Positions 20,306 to 29,454 of a DNA stretch of 64,000 nt are shown in pieces; the stretch's first letter is position 1; every line of letters starts with the position of its first letter. The position numbers were made by a program, and so were the translations under genes. The notes beneath the pieces are model-generated. The model did no database searches, was not told the origin of the DNA, and saw nothing but the letters and a program-made list of their open reading frames with translations. This DNA is from Candidatus Obscuribacterales bacterium (GTDB lineage: Bacteria > Cyanobacteriota > Vampirovibrionia > Obscuribacterales > Obscuribacteraceae): assembly GCA_965228855.1 (NCBI GenBank), contig CBDDIJ010000002.1, positions 160,001-224,000 of the forward strand, read 5' to 3'.

Positions 20306-21556
20306 ATGCAAAGCGCATTCGCCAACAGCAATCTGCAATTCGCTCTGAACCTGCTCGGCCACGCCTATGACGCCTCCCTCAAGGAGAGCGATCCCGGCAA
20401 GAAGCAGGTGGTCCAGATCTCTCCGTTCAGCATCCGGCGCGCTCTGACCATGGCGGCCATCGGCTCCCGCGGCGCCACGCGTCAAGCCATCCTCGACGCC
20501 ATGTGCTACTCCGCCGGCACCGACCTGACCGCTGTCAACGAGGACAACAAGGCTGTTGCCGACTTCCTTTCCACCGTCGAGTCGCGCGGTGACGCGCCGA
20601 CCACGCTGCTCCTCGCCAACGCGCTCTGGCTGCGCGACGACAAGGACCCGAACGGACCGGTCTTCCACCAGCCGTTCATCGACGCCAACGCCAAGTTCTT
20701 CAACGCCGAGTGCAACCGCCTCGCCTTCGACGACGCCGCTCTCGCCGCCATCAACGGCTGGTGCGACCGCAACACCAAGGGCAAGATCACCAAGATCATC
20801 GACGAGATCCCGGCGGACGCCTTCGCGTTCCTGACCGACGCGCTCTACATGAAGACGCCCGCCAAGGAGCGCTTCTACCGGGTCAACGACAAGGCCGGCA
20901 GGTTCTTCGGTCTGACCGGCGCCGGCGAAGACACGGTCTACATGCGCCAGCGCGGGGAGTTCCACTACCTGCAGTCCGATGGCGTCCAGGTGCTCGAATT
21001 CCCGTTCGGTCAGTACGGCTACTTCAACTTCTACCTCATCCTGCCCGACATCGGCTCCGACCTGACCGCCGCGGTCAAGTCGCTCGGCGCCAACTGGGCC
21101 GACTGGAAGGAGAACCTCCGACCCGGCTTCGGCATGGTGCGCCTCGCGCAGAACGAGCAGGAATGGGGCAAGAACGTGCTCCCGGAGCTCGCGCTCCAGG
21201 GCATGGGACTCGCCTTCACCGACAACGCCGACTTCGCCGACATGTGCACGAAGCCGCTCAAGATCGGCGCGGTCGCGCACAAGACCAAGACGAAGTTCTC
21301 GCACAAGGGCTTCGAAGGCGCCGCCGTCACCGCCGTCGGCATGATCGAATGCACGAGCGTCCGCATGCCGGTCGTGCGCAAGGAGTTCGACATCACCGCC
21401 AACCGCCCCTACGCCTGGCTCGTGACGGGCGGCGACGAGATCCTCTTCGCCGGTACGACCGTGAAGCCCACGGTACCCGCGGAGCAGGACGAGGACGATC
21501 CAACCGATCTGGGCTGGGACGTCCAGGACGACAAGGACCTCAACGTCCTCGCCTGA
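20306..21556 (+). CDS. Serpin family protein
   Basis: ISPFSI..AL.M..IGSRGAT, LANALW, INGWCDRNTKGKI, reactive-loop hinge KGFEGAAVT and ANRPY...ILFAG. Confidence 0.9.
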   Translation: MQSAFANSNLQFALNLLGHAYDASLKESDPGKKQVVQISPFSIRRALTMAAIGSRGATRQAILDAMCYSAGTDLTAVNEDNKAVADFLSTVESRGDAPTTLLLANALWLRDDKDPNGPVFHQPFIDANAKFFNAECNRLAFDDAALAAINGWCDRNTKGKITKIIDEIPADAFAFLTDALYMKTPAKERFYRVNDKAGRFFGLTGAGEDTVYMRQRGEFHYLQSDGVQVLEFPFGQYGYFNFYLILPDIGSDLTAAVKSLGANWADWKENLRPGFGMVRLAQNEQEWGKNVLPELALQGMGLAFTDNADFADMCTKPLKIGAVAHKTKTKFSHKGFEGAAVTAVGMIECTSVRMPVVRKEFDITANRPYAWLVTGGDEILFAGTTVKPTVPAEQDEDDPTDLGWDVQDDKDLNVLA

Positions 21557-21723
21557 GCGCTCGGCAGGTCGTGATATAAACAGCCGCAGTCGCTGACGTT
21601 CCCCGGAGAGTCGCACACAAAGTGCGATTTCTCCGGGGTTTCGCCTGAAATTATTCCTACTATCCCATGTCGTGCCCCTCAGCCTTGTATAATCGGTGTT
21701 GTTGGCGCAGGACGGAAGACAAG

Positions 21724-22473
21724 ATGACCTCCACACCACAATCAGGACGCAAAATCGCCGGTGCAATCAGACACCGCCTGGTTTTGAACGTGGATGAACT
21801 CAAGATCCAGGATCGCAATCTCGTTTTAAAAGCGCTTGTGTTCATCGAGGAACAGTACGACAAGTACAGAAAGAAAACGCGGAGCTTTCCGGAGCGCGGA
21901 ATTCCATTGATTACACATCCGATGCGTGTCGCATTGGTTCTGCTTGAAGAACTCGAACTCAAAGACACTGGCGCGATCACAGCAGCGCTGCTGCACGAAC
22001 TGGTCGAGTGGAAACGAGACAAAGTCACCATCGCCGACATTGAGCGCAACTTCGGAAGACCAATTGCCATGCTGGTTTCCATTCTCACGAAACCACCGAT
22101 CGATGACGACGCCAGCGAAGAAGAACGCGCTCAAAAACTCGCAACTTACTATCGCAGAATCGAGCAGGCAAGCGTTGTTTCGAAGCTCGTTAAACTTTGC
22201 GATCGATTGGATTCTGTGCGTGAAGCGCCAGAGTGGCTTGAGGAAGATCGGCAGCGCAATTACCTCGAAGAGACCAAAGCTATCTATATTCCGATAGCAG
22301 CGGAAACTGATTCTTATCTGCACGAAGAGCTTCTCGCCGCTGTGGAAACGCTTGAGATGGCGATTTCCAACCCCAGCGCGGCGGATTCGAGCACGCTGAT
22401 TCCTCGATACGTTGCAATCAGCGATGTCGGAAACTCAGACGATGGTGAGCCGGGCTCAGACTCGACCCACTAA
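21724..22473 (+). CDS. RelA/SpoT hydrolase-like (Mesh1/SAH) HD-domain protein with degenerate active site
   Basis: PLITHPMRVA, AALLHELVEW, FG...V..LTK and VKLCDRLD follow the HD_4 pattern, but HD is replaced by HE and ED by EW. Confidence 0.8.
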   Translation: MTSTPQSGRKIAGAIRHRLVLNVDELKIQDRNLVLKALVFIEEQYDKYRKKTRSFPERGIPLITHPMRVALVLLEELELKDTGAITAALLHELVEWKRDKVTIADIERNFGRPIAMLVSILTKPPIDDDASEEERAQKLATYYRRIEQASVVSKLVKLCDRLDSVREAPEWLEEDRQRNYLEETKAIYIPIAAETDSYLHEELLAAVETLEMAISNPSAADSSTLIPRYVAISDVGNSDDGEPGSDSTH

Positions 22474-22542
22474 CACCTGGGGATAGAAGCCCGTTTCGCC
22501 GCCAAAATTGCAACGCGATAAGCGCAACTGTTTAACTCAAAC

Positions 22543-22896
22543 CTAGAAAATACCCTTCTGAAAGCCGTATTCAAGCGCTTGATGGTACTGTTCTTCAGTA
22601 AAACCCTTGCACAGAGTACAGAGTTCATCAAGAAATATACGATTCGTGTCCGGAAGCTCGAACTCGGTTCCCGCCGGATTCTCAGTCGCCCAGCGGAATA
22701 CCAGCCGGCAAGAATTATCGAACAATGCCCGCACCCGATTCCAAGCCGAGGCATACTGCCGCTCGGTAAAACCAGGAACCCGCTCCCGCAGTCGCTCAAC
22801 AGCATCTTTGCGCGCGACCTTATCAGTCGACTCAAGGAAGAGAAGAAACGCTCCTGTGAGCAATTCTTGTTTCTCAATCTCTGTCGTTTTCGTCAT
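22543..22896 (-). CDS. Hypothetical protein
   Basis: 117-aa ORF, ATG start with AAGG upstream. Confidence 0.65.
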   Translation of the reverse strand: MTKTTEIEKQELLTGAFLLFLESTDKVARKDAVERLRERVPGFTERQYASAWNRVRALFDNSCRLVFRWATENPAGTEFELPDTNRIFLDELCTLCKGFTEEQYHQALEYGFQKGIF

Positions 22897-22988
22897 TTCT
22901 GCCTTACAAAGTCGCGAGGGGCTGACCGGCTACCAGCACTATTTTATGCCAGTTCGCGCAATTTTCAAAACGTCTTATATTGCTACGA

Positions 22989-23399
22989 CTAGGGCGCATG
23001 CAAACCGATTGCAGACAACACTGTCGATAGATATTTGATTAGACCGGATATGAGAGCAGCCGTAACGACCATGCTTGCCAGATTTCTTCTGTTCAATCGC
23101 CCAACCCACGAAAGCGCTACTGTCGCGAAAAGAACCGTGAACCATGCGCCCTCGAAAACTACGGCACCTAAGTGTTCCGTGCTGGTAGATTCGGAATAGT
23201 CCCAGTCGGCCTTCGTTCCGACTCTGCAATCAGTACCTAATCTGGGGTCTCTCGGCGCAGCGACTAAACCTTGAGCATGTGCCTGCGCAATTGAAAAAAA
23301 GCACAAGAACACAATCCACAACACTCCCTCGATGGGTCTGCGACGCATTCGTTTCAAAGCCACATTAGCTCCTCCCGCAAGAAGCTCCAAAGTGTTCAT
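22989..23399 (-). CDS. Membrane protein; partial paralog of the adjacent gene
   Basis: Three hydrophobic segments and AHAQGLVAAP motif; start overlaps the upstream stop (TAATG). Confidence 0.65.
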   Translation of the reverse strand: MNTLELLAGGANVALKRMRRRPIEGVLWIVFLCFFSIAQAHAQGLVAAPRDPRLGTDCRVGTKADWDYSESTSTEHLGAVVFEGAWFTVLFATVALSWVGRLNRRNLASMVVTAALISGLIKYLSTVLSAIGLHAP

Positions 23400-24010
23400 T
23401 ACATCACTGCGATCATTGTTCCGACGACAACCAATGCGATACCTGCAACCACACCGAAACTAGCCCAGTTCAATCTTTTGAGATAGGTCAAACCGAGTAC
23501 GCCCAAAAGGCTCGTAAACATAGTTCCCTGCATGATCGTCAGCTTCAGATTTTCCGGTGATCGTGCCACTATCTCCTGCATCACGCTGGAATCGATTTCG
23601 TTCATTTGACCGCCGTGGGCGTCAATTGGCGCACCGACCAAACCCTGCGCATCAGCATGATCAATGAATCCCGCCAAAACAATCGGCATCAGCAATGCCA
23701 ACGCCACCACACGCAGAACGTTTCGAATTCTTCGCAGTCCGACTGGACAGTTCTCGGTCATGATCGTGCCGTCAGATCGTCGATATAAACGAAGGCACAA
23801 ACGTCCCTCGTTGCGCCGAATCAACGCACCAGCCTCACGTTTCGACATCTCAGAAATATTGTAGACATTCAACTGACAGTGATTGCAAAATTTGATGCGC
23901 TCGTCCCCCTCCATCGAATCCCAGGGAACCGCACAGGGTGCGGAGATAAACGTACGTGCCAGTATTTCGTCGTCACCCAATTCACTTTTCTTTCGTCTAT
24001 TAGCCTGCAT
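23399..24010 (-). CDS. Membrane protein with N-terminal Cys-rich (PC..W..M.G...FC..C...VYN) domain
   Basis: APCAVPWDSMEGDERIKFCNHCQLNVYNISEMS...LCLRLYRRSDGTIMTENCP, followed by TM segments. GGAGG RBS before 24010. Confidence 0.8.
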   Translation of the reverse strand: MQANRRKKSELGDDEILARTFISAPCAVPWDSMEGDERIKFCNHCQLNVYNISEMSKREAGALIRRNEGRLCLRLYRRSDGTIMTENCPVGLRRIRNVLRVVALALLMPIVLAGFIDHADAQGLVGAPIDAHGGQMNEIDSSVMQEIVARSPENLKLTIMQGTMFTSLLGVLGLTYLKRLNWASFGVVAGIALVVVGTMIAVM

Positions 24011-24272
24011 AAAAACCGCCTCCAACCTCAAGTTGCGCGATGTCCCAGTTTCAGCTTAGTCAACCAGGCGAAATTGGTCACGCGTGATTACACGACTGAC
24101 ATGCAAGATTTAAACGAACAGCGCTTCCCTGCTCGTGTTTACACCAGTTAAGCGGCTCAAAAAAAACGAGCATCAACCCAAACTCAAATAATGTTCGGAG
24201 AGAAAACAGCTGCTAGAGTTACCACTGAATCGCGAAGTCATTCCACGCGAAAGACCTCCACCAGGGAGCCTC

Positions 24273-25049
24273 ATGGATACAAGCGAAATTCTAGACCGAA
24301 TGAAACAGACTTACTCAGAGTGCGATTCATTTCGCGAAGTCAGCCGAGTCCCATCTTCCCGTGCCCAAGCGACAAAAGGCAGACTGGATGCCGATCTCGA
24401 ATTCAGACTCTGGTTCAAACGACCATCATGTTACCGCGTCGAAGCAAAATTTGTATGTTTCGATACCACTGAAGAGAACCATGAGCAAGGACTGAAGCCA
24501 CATAAACAGTTTATCGACCGGGGTCGCGCGGCGGCGTTGGAGTTTGATCACTTTCTGCTTGTGGGCGATGAAAACTCGGGCACCGTCATTCAATATGCGG
24601 GACAGTTCGATCGGACCCAACGACAAAAAATTCAGCATTTCGCTAATGGTAGAGCGGCAATAGCAGAACGAAAGAGCGCAGCTCGGACGCTTTCACTGTT
24701 TGAGGAAACGCCTTACTACTTACAAAACATACGAGGTCTGGTCAGCTTTCCCGAACAAACAGTTGGAAAACGGACGTGCCACCATATAGTGGTTTACTCT
24801 ACTGCGGCTTACGTCGAAACACATCTCTGGATAGATAAGCAGGATTTTTTGCTGCGAAAAATTCAGCAACCGGTGCATGCCGTTTTGAAACCAGCTCTGA
24901 GCCTGCTTCGCCACGCTCCGTTTAAACTTGGCGACTTCCTCTCCACCGATCTGCATGGCGATGAAATGAACATGCACACCGAATTTATCGTCCTTGAGAC
25001 CGAAGTAAACCCGGATATCGACCCATTTGTGTTCGAAGCGAGGCTTTAA
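24273..25049 (+). CDS. Hypothetical protein, possible LolA/DUF2092-like beta fold
   Basis: FKRPSCYRVE, EQTVGKRTCHHI, LWIDKQDFLLRKI and VNPDIDPFVF resemble LolA-like family ends; GGAG RBS. Confidence 0.6.
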   Translation: MDTSEILDRMKQTYSECDSFREVSRVPSSRAQATKGRLDADLEFRLWFKRPSCYRVEAKFVCFDTTEENHEQGLKPHKQFIDRGRAAALEFDHFLLVGDENSGTVIQYAGQFDRTQRQKIQHFANGRAAIAERKSAARTLSLFEETPYYLQNIRGLVSFPEQTVGKRTCHHIVVYSTAAYVETHLWIDKQDFLLRKIQQPVHAVLKPALSLLRHAPFKLGDFLSTDLHGDEMNMHTEFIVLETEVNPDIDPFVFEARL

Positions 25050-25372
25050 ACCGCACGTGGAGCGAGAGGATCGTTCGCAAATTCCAAGATTTCCCTGCCA
25101 ACGACCCGCGCAGGATATCAACGAATCATGGTCTTGACTAACCCCCGCCAGAAAATGTGCAGAATCTGCTACAAAATTTTCCTAATTTGGCCTCAAAAGT
25201 TACACATTTGCTACTACGCAATGTCGCATTTGTTTTCAAGAAACAAGAAGTCATCGAAAAGCGCATTTACTGCGCCTCTCGATGACTCCAAAAATGCGCG
25301 CCCGGTGAAGCGAGAGAGCTGGATTTACATCCAAGCCCTGCTCGCTTCACTCGGGTTGGCATGCCACCACAT

Positions 25373-26011
25373 TTAGCGGCAGCCTCCTCCACAACCACGG
25401 CGAGAGCGCCGCGTTTTCTTAGCAGCCCCTGAGGCGGCGCTGGTTTCGACAGGCTTGTCAGCGGCAGCGACAGGCTTTTCCGCCGTCGGGACAGCGCCCG
25501 GTTCGACAACCGTAGAGTCAGCGCCGGAAGCGGCGCAGCTCCCAGCCGGCTGCGAAGCGGCCTTCTCGGCAGCTTCCGCAGCAGCCTTCGCCTCAGCCGC
25601 AGCGAGCCGCTTGCGCAGCCGCTTGCCGTAAGGCGTGATACCGCTCTCGATGGTCAGCGGTTTGTCATCCTGGTCGACGGCAACGTACACGACGTAGCCC
25701 TCGGTGACCGGGATGTACTCACCGTTTCGCTCGACGTCCACCCAGATGTGAGTGGAAACCGACGTCTTGCCGATGCGAGTGATTTCGACCCAGCAAGTCA
25801 GCACATCGCCGACATGCACAGGCTTCTTGAACTCGACTTCCTTGAAGTTGACGGTGACGAAACGATGCTTGCAAATCTTCTTGGTTTCGACGACACCAGC
25901 CACGTCGATGTGGCTCAGAATCACGCCACCGAAAATGTTGTGGGCGGGATTGGTGTCCTTGGGAAACATGACTTCCCGGATAGCCGGGCAGCCGCGTCTG
26001 TTGAGCTTCAT
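25373..26011 (-). CDS. Acyl-CoA thioesterase (YciA-type hotdog fold) with Ala/Lys-rich tail
   Basis: PKDTN...IFGGVILSHID, FKKPVHVGD, GKTS and YVAVD. Confidence 0.9.
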   Translation of the reverse strand: MKLNRRGCPAIREVMFPKDTNPAHNIFGGVILSHIDVAGVVETKKICKHRFVTVNFKEVEFKKPVHVGDVLTCWVEITRIGKTSVSTHIWVDVERNGEYIPVTEGYVVYVAVDQDDKPLTIESGITPYGKRLRKRLAAAEAKAAAEAAEKAASQPAGSCAASGADSTVVEPGAVPTAEKPVAAADKPVETSAASGAAKKTRRSRRGCGGGCR

Positions 26012-26052
26012 GGGTAACCTCGTAAATAGTTAGACTGACGACCGAGCGGGCG

Positions 26053-27597
26053 TCAGCGTGCGCGAATGTTCTTCACGAGCTTCGCGAGGTTCGCGAGACT
26101 GATGATGTCGTTTCGTCGCGTTTCACCGTAATCGGGCACAGCGCAAAGCAGGCACTGTTCTTCATACAGCGACTTCAAAAGCAATATGGAATTGTTGTGA
26201 ATCAGCTGCGCAACGCGAGCGAATTCAACTGGGTCGACAGACTTGGACGCGTCAGTCGAGCTGGCTGCAGCTTCCATCGCCAGCACCGCCGCCGATACCA
26301 CGTGCCGAGCCTCAAGCACTTCGGAGTACTTGTTGCCGCGCGGAAGCAGCTTCGCGATTTTCTGCGCGGTTGCCTCGTCCTTGTTGCCCCAGGTCATCAG
26401 TTTCGCGAGCGACCGATCGCCCAACGACTTCAGATTCTTGTTGCAAATGGCGTCAGCCACGACCGACAGAACAGCGCTCAGGTCGCTGAGTTTCACCTCA
26501 GTGTAAACCGTTCCCGCGCTATCTTGAAACACGACCTTCTCGTGCAGAGCGCCACCACATGCGATAGCGGCTCGCTGGCGCAATTCGGTACCGTAGACTT
26601 TGGCATCATCGAGACCAAGCCGCTCCACCACCTCGATGGCGAAGAGGGCGCGTACGACATCAGCAGGATGCTCTTCGGCGCCCTTACCCGGCTCGAAACC
26701 CGCTTTGTTAGCAGACTTCTGCTCCGGGTTGTGAGCGGCAAGAACGAGCATGCCGCCGTTCGCGTACATCGGTCCCATGTTCAAAACACCGGCTGCATCG
26801 GCAAGCAGCTCCGGGAGCCACTTCTCGAAGAGCTGGAGCATGAACGCCTCGGTAGGCGCATTCTTGCTGCGTCCCAGCGAGAAAATCGAGCCGGTGCGCA
26901 TTTTGATCGTCTTGCTGACGCCAACCAGGGAGCCGGACTGGAACGCGTTCTTGATCGCATCCTGCACGTTCGACTGAACTTCAGCTTCGAAACCGACCAC
27001 GCCATCGTGAATCACATGGCCGCCAACCTCGTGCGCGTCGATCAGCCAGAGCGGAACGAACGTCGCATGGTTAGCCGGCTTCGAGATGAGAGAGACCGGA
27101 AGTTCGGCGCTCGCGGCCAGCGTGAACGGTTCAGACTTACCCATGGCAAAGAACCCGAGGGGGTCGAGCTCCGGCCAGCGCAACGTCTTGCGCGCCTCGG
27201 ATCGGACCTTCGGGTCGTCCATGAAGCGCCGATAGAAGTTGCTCGCCAGCGCTTGAAACGCTCGCAGGTTATCGGTTTGCTTGGTATCCGCGAGCTGTAC
27301 GACAGGCTGAGCCAGTGTGCTGAACACGGACTCGAGCTGAGCGATAACTCGAGCACGAGTGGCGGCGCTCCCTTTGCGAGCTGACTTTTCCGCCTGTTTC
27401 ACGGCCTCATCGAGCACATCAACGTAGGGCTGATGATAGCGAGAAGGCAATAGTCGCCGAGCATCCGCCACCGTCTTCTTGAACTTCTCGAAATCCTTTT
27501 CGTTTTGAAAAGGCTCCTGAAGAGTCACTTTCGAAGACAGGGCCAGACGCACGCGCGATAAGACTGTGGCGTAATCGCCCAGGTATTTCCGGGTCAT
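26053..27597 (-). CDS. Putative zinc-metallopeptidase-like protein (HEVGGH...ELLAD...HP)
   Basis: Gluzincin-like motif order; homologous to 56621..58528; AGGAG RBS. Confidence 0.65.
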   Translation of the reverse strand: MTRKYLGDYATVLSRVRLALSSKVTLQEPFQNEKDFEKFKKTVADARRLLPSRYHQPYVDVLDEAVKQAEKSARKGSAATRARVIAQLESVFSTLAQPVVQLADTKQTDNLRAFQALASNFYRRFMDDPKVRSEARKTLRWPELDPLGFFAMGKSEPFTLAASAELPVSLISKPANHATFVPLWLIDAHEVGGHVIHDGVVGFEAEVQSNVQDAIKNAFQSGSLVGVSKTIKMRTGSIFSLGRSKNAPTEAFMLQLFEKWLPELLADAAGVLNMGPMYANGGMLVLAAHNPEQKSANKAGFEPGKGAEEHPADVVRALFAIEVVERLGLDDAKVYGTELRQRAAIACGGALHEKVVFQDSAGTVYTEVKLSDLSAVLSVVADAICNKNLKSLGDRSLAKLMTWGNKDEATAQKIAKLLPRGNKYSEVLEARHVVSAAVLAMEAAASSTDASKSVDPVEFARVAQLIHNNSILLLKSLYEEQCLLCAVPDYGETRRNDIISLANLAKLVKNIRAR

Positions 27598-28204
27598 AAC
27601 GCGCTCCTATTCTTGTTTTCGGACAGCTTCCAGTACAGCGAAAGCTGCCATGGTCCTGTCTAGGTTGCGGTTTAAAACTAGTGAAAATGCTTGTGCGTAA
27701 GAGATGAGTGATCGGAGAAAGAGAAAAAAACTAAAGCTCCCCAAAGTTACAAAGAGGGAGACGTTTACTTCAACGTTTTCGTGAATCAAGAACTTTATAC
27801 GTTTTGCAGATATCCAGATACTGACATCCGAACCCCTCTTGAGATCGACAGTTGTCGAGCACCATCTCTTTCAATTGCACGGATAACTATTCGCGCTTGA
27901 CTTCAAGAAGTCTGAGAACCCAGTTCTCAAGAGCATTTATGACTAGCGAAGCTTCACCGCATTTCCGTGCGCGAACCGCGCTTTCCTTGAACTGCGCACT
28001 AATTTCTGTTGGCTCGACTGGTCGAAGTTGCGCTTGCGAACTGGATTGCGACTGCTTTAAGTTTTGATGTCAAAAGTTTTTTTCTAAGAACCAGTATTTC
28101 TGAACGTCAAAAGTCTTCCACCGACCTGAAAATTTGAATCGCGTTTCTATTCAAACACGCGCGACGGTATCGCACGTGGTATCACAATCAGAAGGAGCCA
28201 TCCG

Positions 28205-28912
28205 ATGGATGAAGCTCAATATCTTGCGCTTGTTCGGCACGGCGAGAGCTATGCGAACGTTGAAATTGCCAAGGCAAGCGATGGGTTGTATTACGCCATC
28301 TCTGGTTCCGACCGCGACGTCGGCATCACGCCGAACGGAGAACTGGACTGCCTGAGAGCCGGTTCGATTCTCGCTCGACTCTTCCCGCGCTCTTTCCCGA
28401 TTTCCCGAATCTGGAACAGCGAGTTCCGCCGAATCTGGCAGTCCTCGGATCATATTCGCGGACATCTTCCCTATCCGGTCGAAACCGTCATCGACAAACG
28501 GCTCAACAAGCGGAGCTACGGACGGTTCTGGAACCTCACTTACGAAGGTGTTCGTGTTCTTCATGAGCACGAGGACAGCATCTACAAAGCCCTTGGTCCG
28601 CTGAAGTACCGACCGCCCGAGGGTGAGAACTTTTACGACCTGTTCGAACGCGTCGATGAGTTCATGCTCGGCGATCTCAACGAAGCGACAGGAAATCAGC
28701 TGGTCGTCGGGCACTCAGCGGTTCTGCTGGCGATGCAACGCAGCCTTGAAGGGCTGAATGACATGGAAGTCGTGCGCCAGTACGAAGACATCGCAATACC
28801 GAACGGCTACGTGATGCTCTACCGGCGAACTCGTCGAGATCAGCCATGGAAGCGAGTTTACATCTCCGATTATCTTCACGGAGAAACAGGCAAACTTCCG
28901 GAAGTCGCATAA
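28205..28912 (+). CDS. Histidine phosphatase (phosphoglycerate-mutase family)
   Basis: LVRHGES, S..RR..QS, RPPEGENF..L..RV and LVVGHS. Confidence 0.9.
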   Translation: MDEAQYLALVRHGESYANVEIAKASDGLYYAISGSDRDVGITPNGELDCLRAGSILARLFPRSFPISRIWNSEFRRIWQSSDHIRGHLPYPVETVIDKRLNKRSYGRFWNLTYEGVRVLHEHEDSIYKALGPLKYRPPEGENFYDLFERVDEFMLGDLNEATGNQLVVGHSAVLLAMQRSLEGLNDMEVVRQYEDIAIPNGYVMLYRRTRRDQPWKRVYISDYLHGETGKLPEVA

Positions 28913-29454
28913 CGACTTATTCCGACTTCGAACCGTGGGACTGGCCACTCAGCCAGTTTCCACGGTCAAGTTAATGCGTCAGGAGCCACCTCCGGCTAGT
29001 GATATGAGAGCTAGCGCAAGCGCTTGACTTCATAAAACAGCTCACATCTTTGAAAGCTGTTAAAGAGTCACCGCACGCCCGACAAAGGTTTCAAAGAATC
29101 AGACGCGCGCGCGGGATTTTTAGAGCCCGTTAACCTGCACCAATACCTCTTTGAAACATGTAACAGCCCCTGGTAGGCATAAGTGTATTTCTCTCCGCTT
29201 CAACTGAAGGGCACGTCTAACCAAAAGCGGATTCCGTCTAACTAGTCTCGTTATTGATCAGCCTCTCTGTGAGTGGGTTGAGCAATACCGATTTCGCAAC
29301 CACGGACTAAGCAGAGCTAAAGCGAAAACCGGACAGCCCCTCATCCGTCAATCGCCAATCAAGACAGTGGGCGCAAATGCACCACTGCCCGCTTCTGACT
29401 TCCGTAATTCCTGTCCAAGCCAATGGTGACTTGGAATTTAACCGGAGACTTAGA

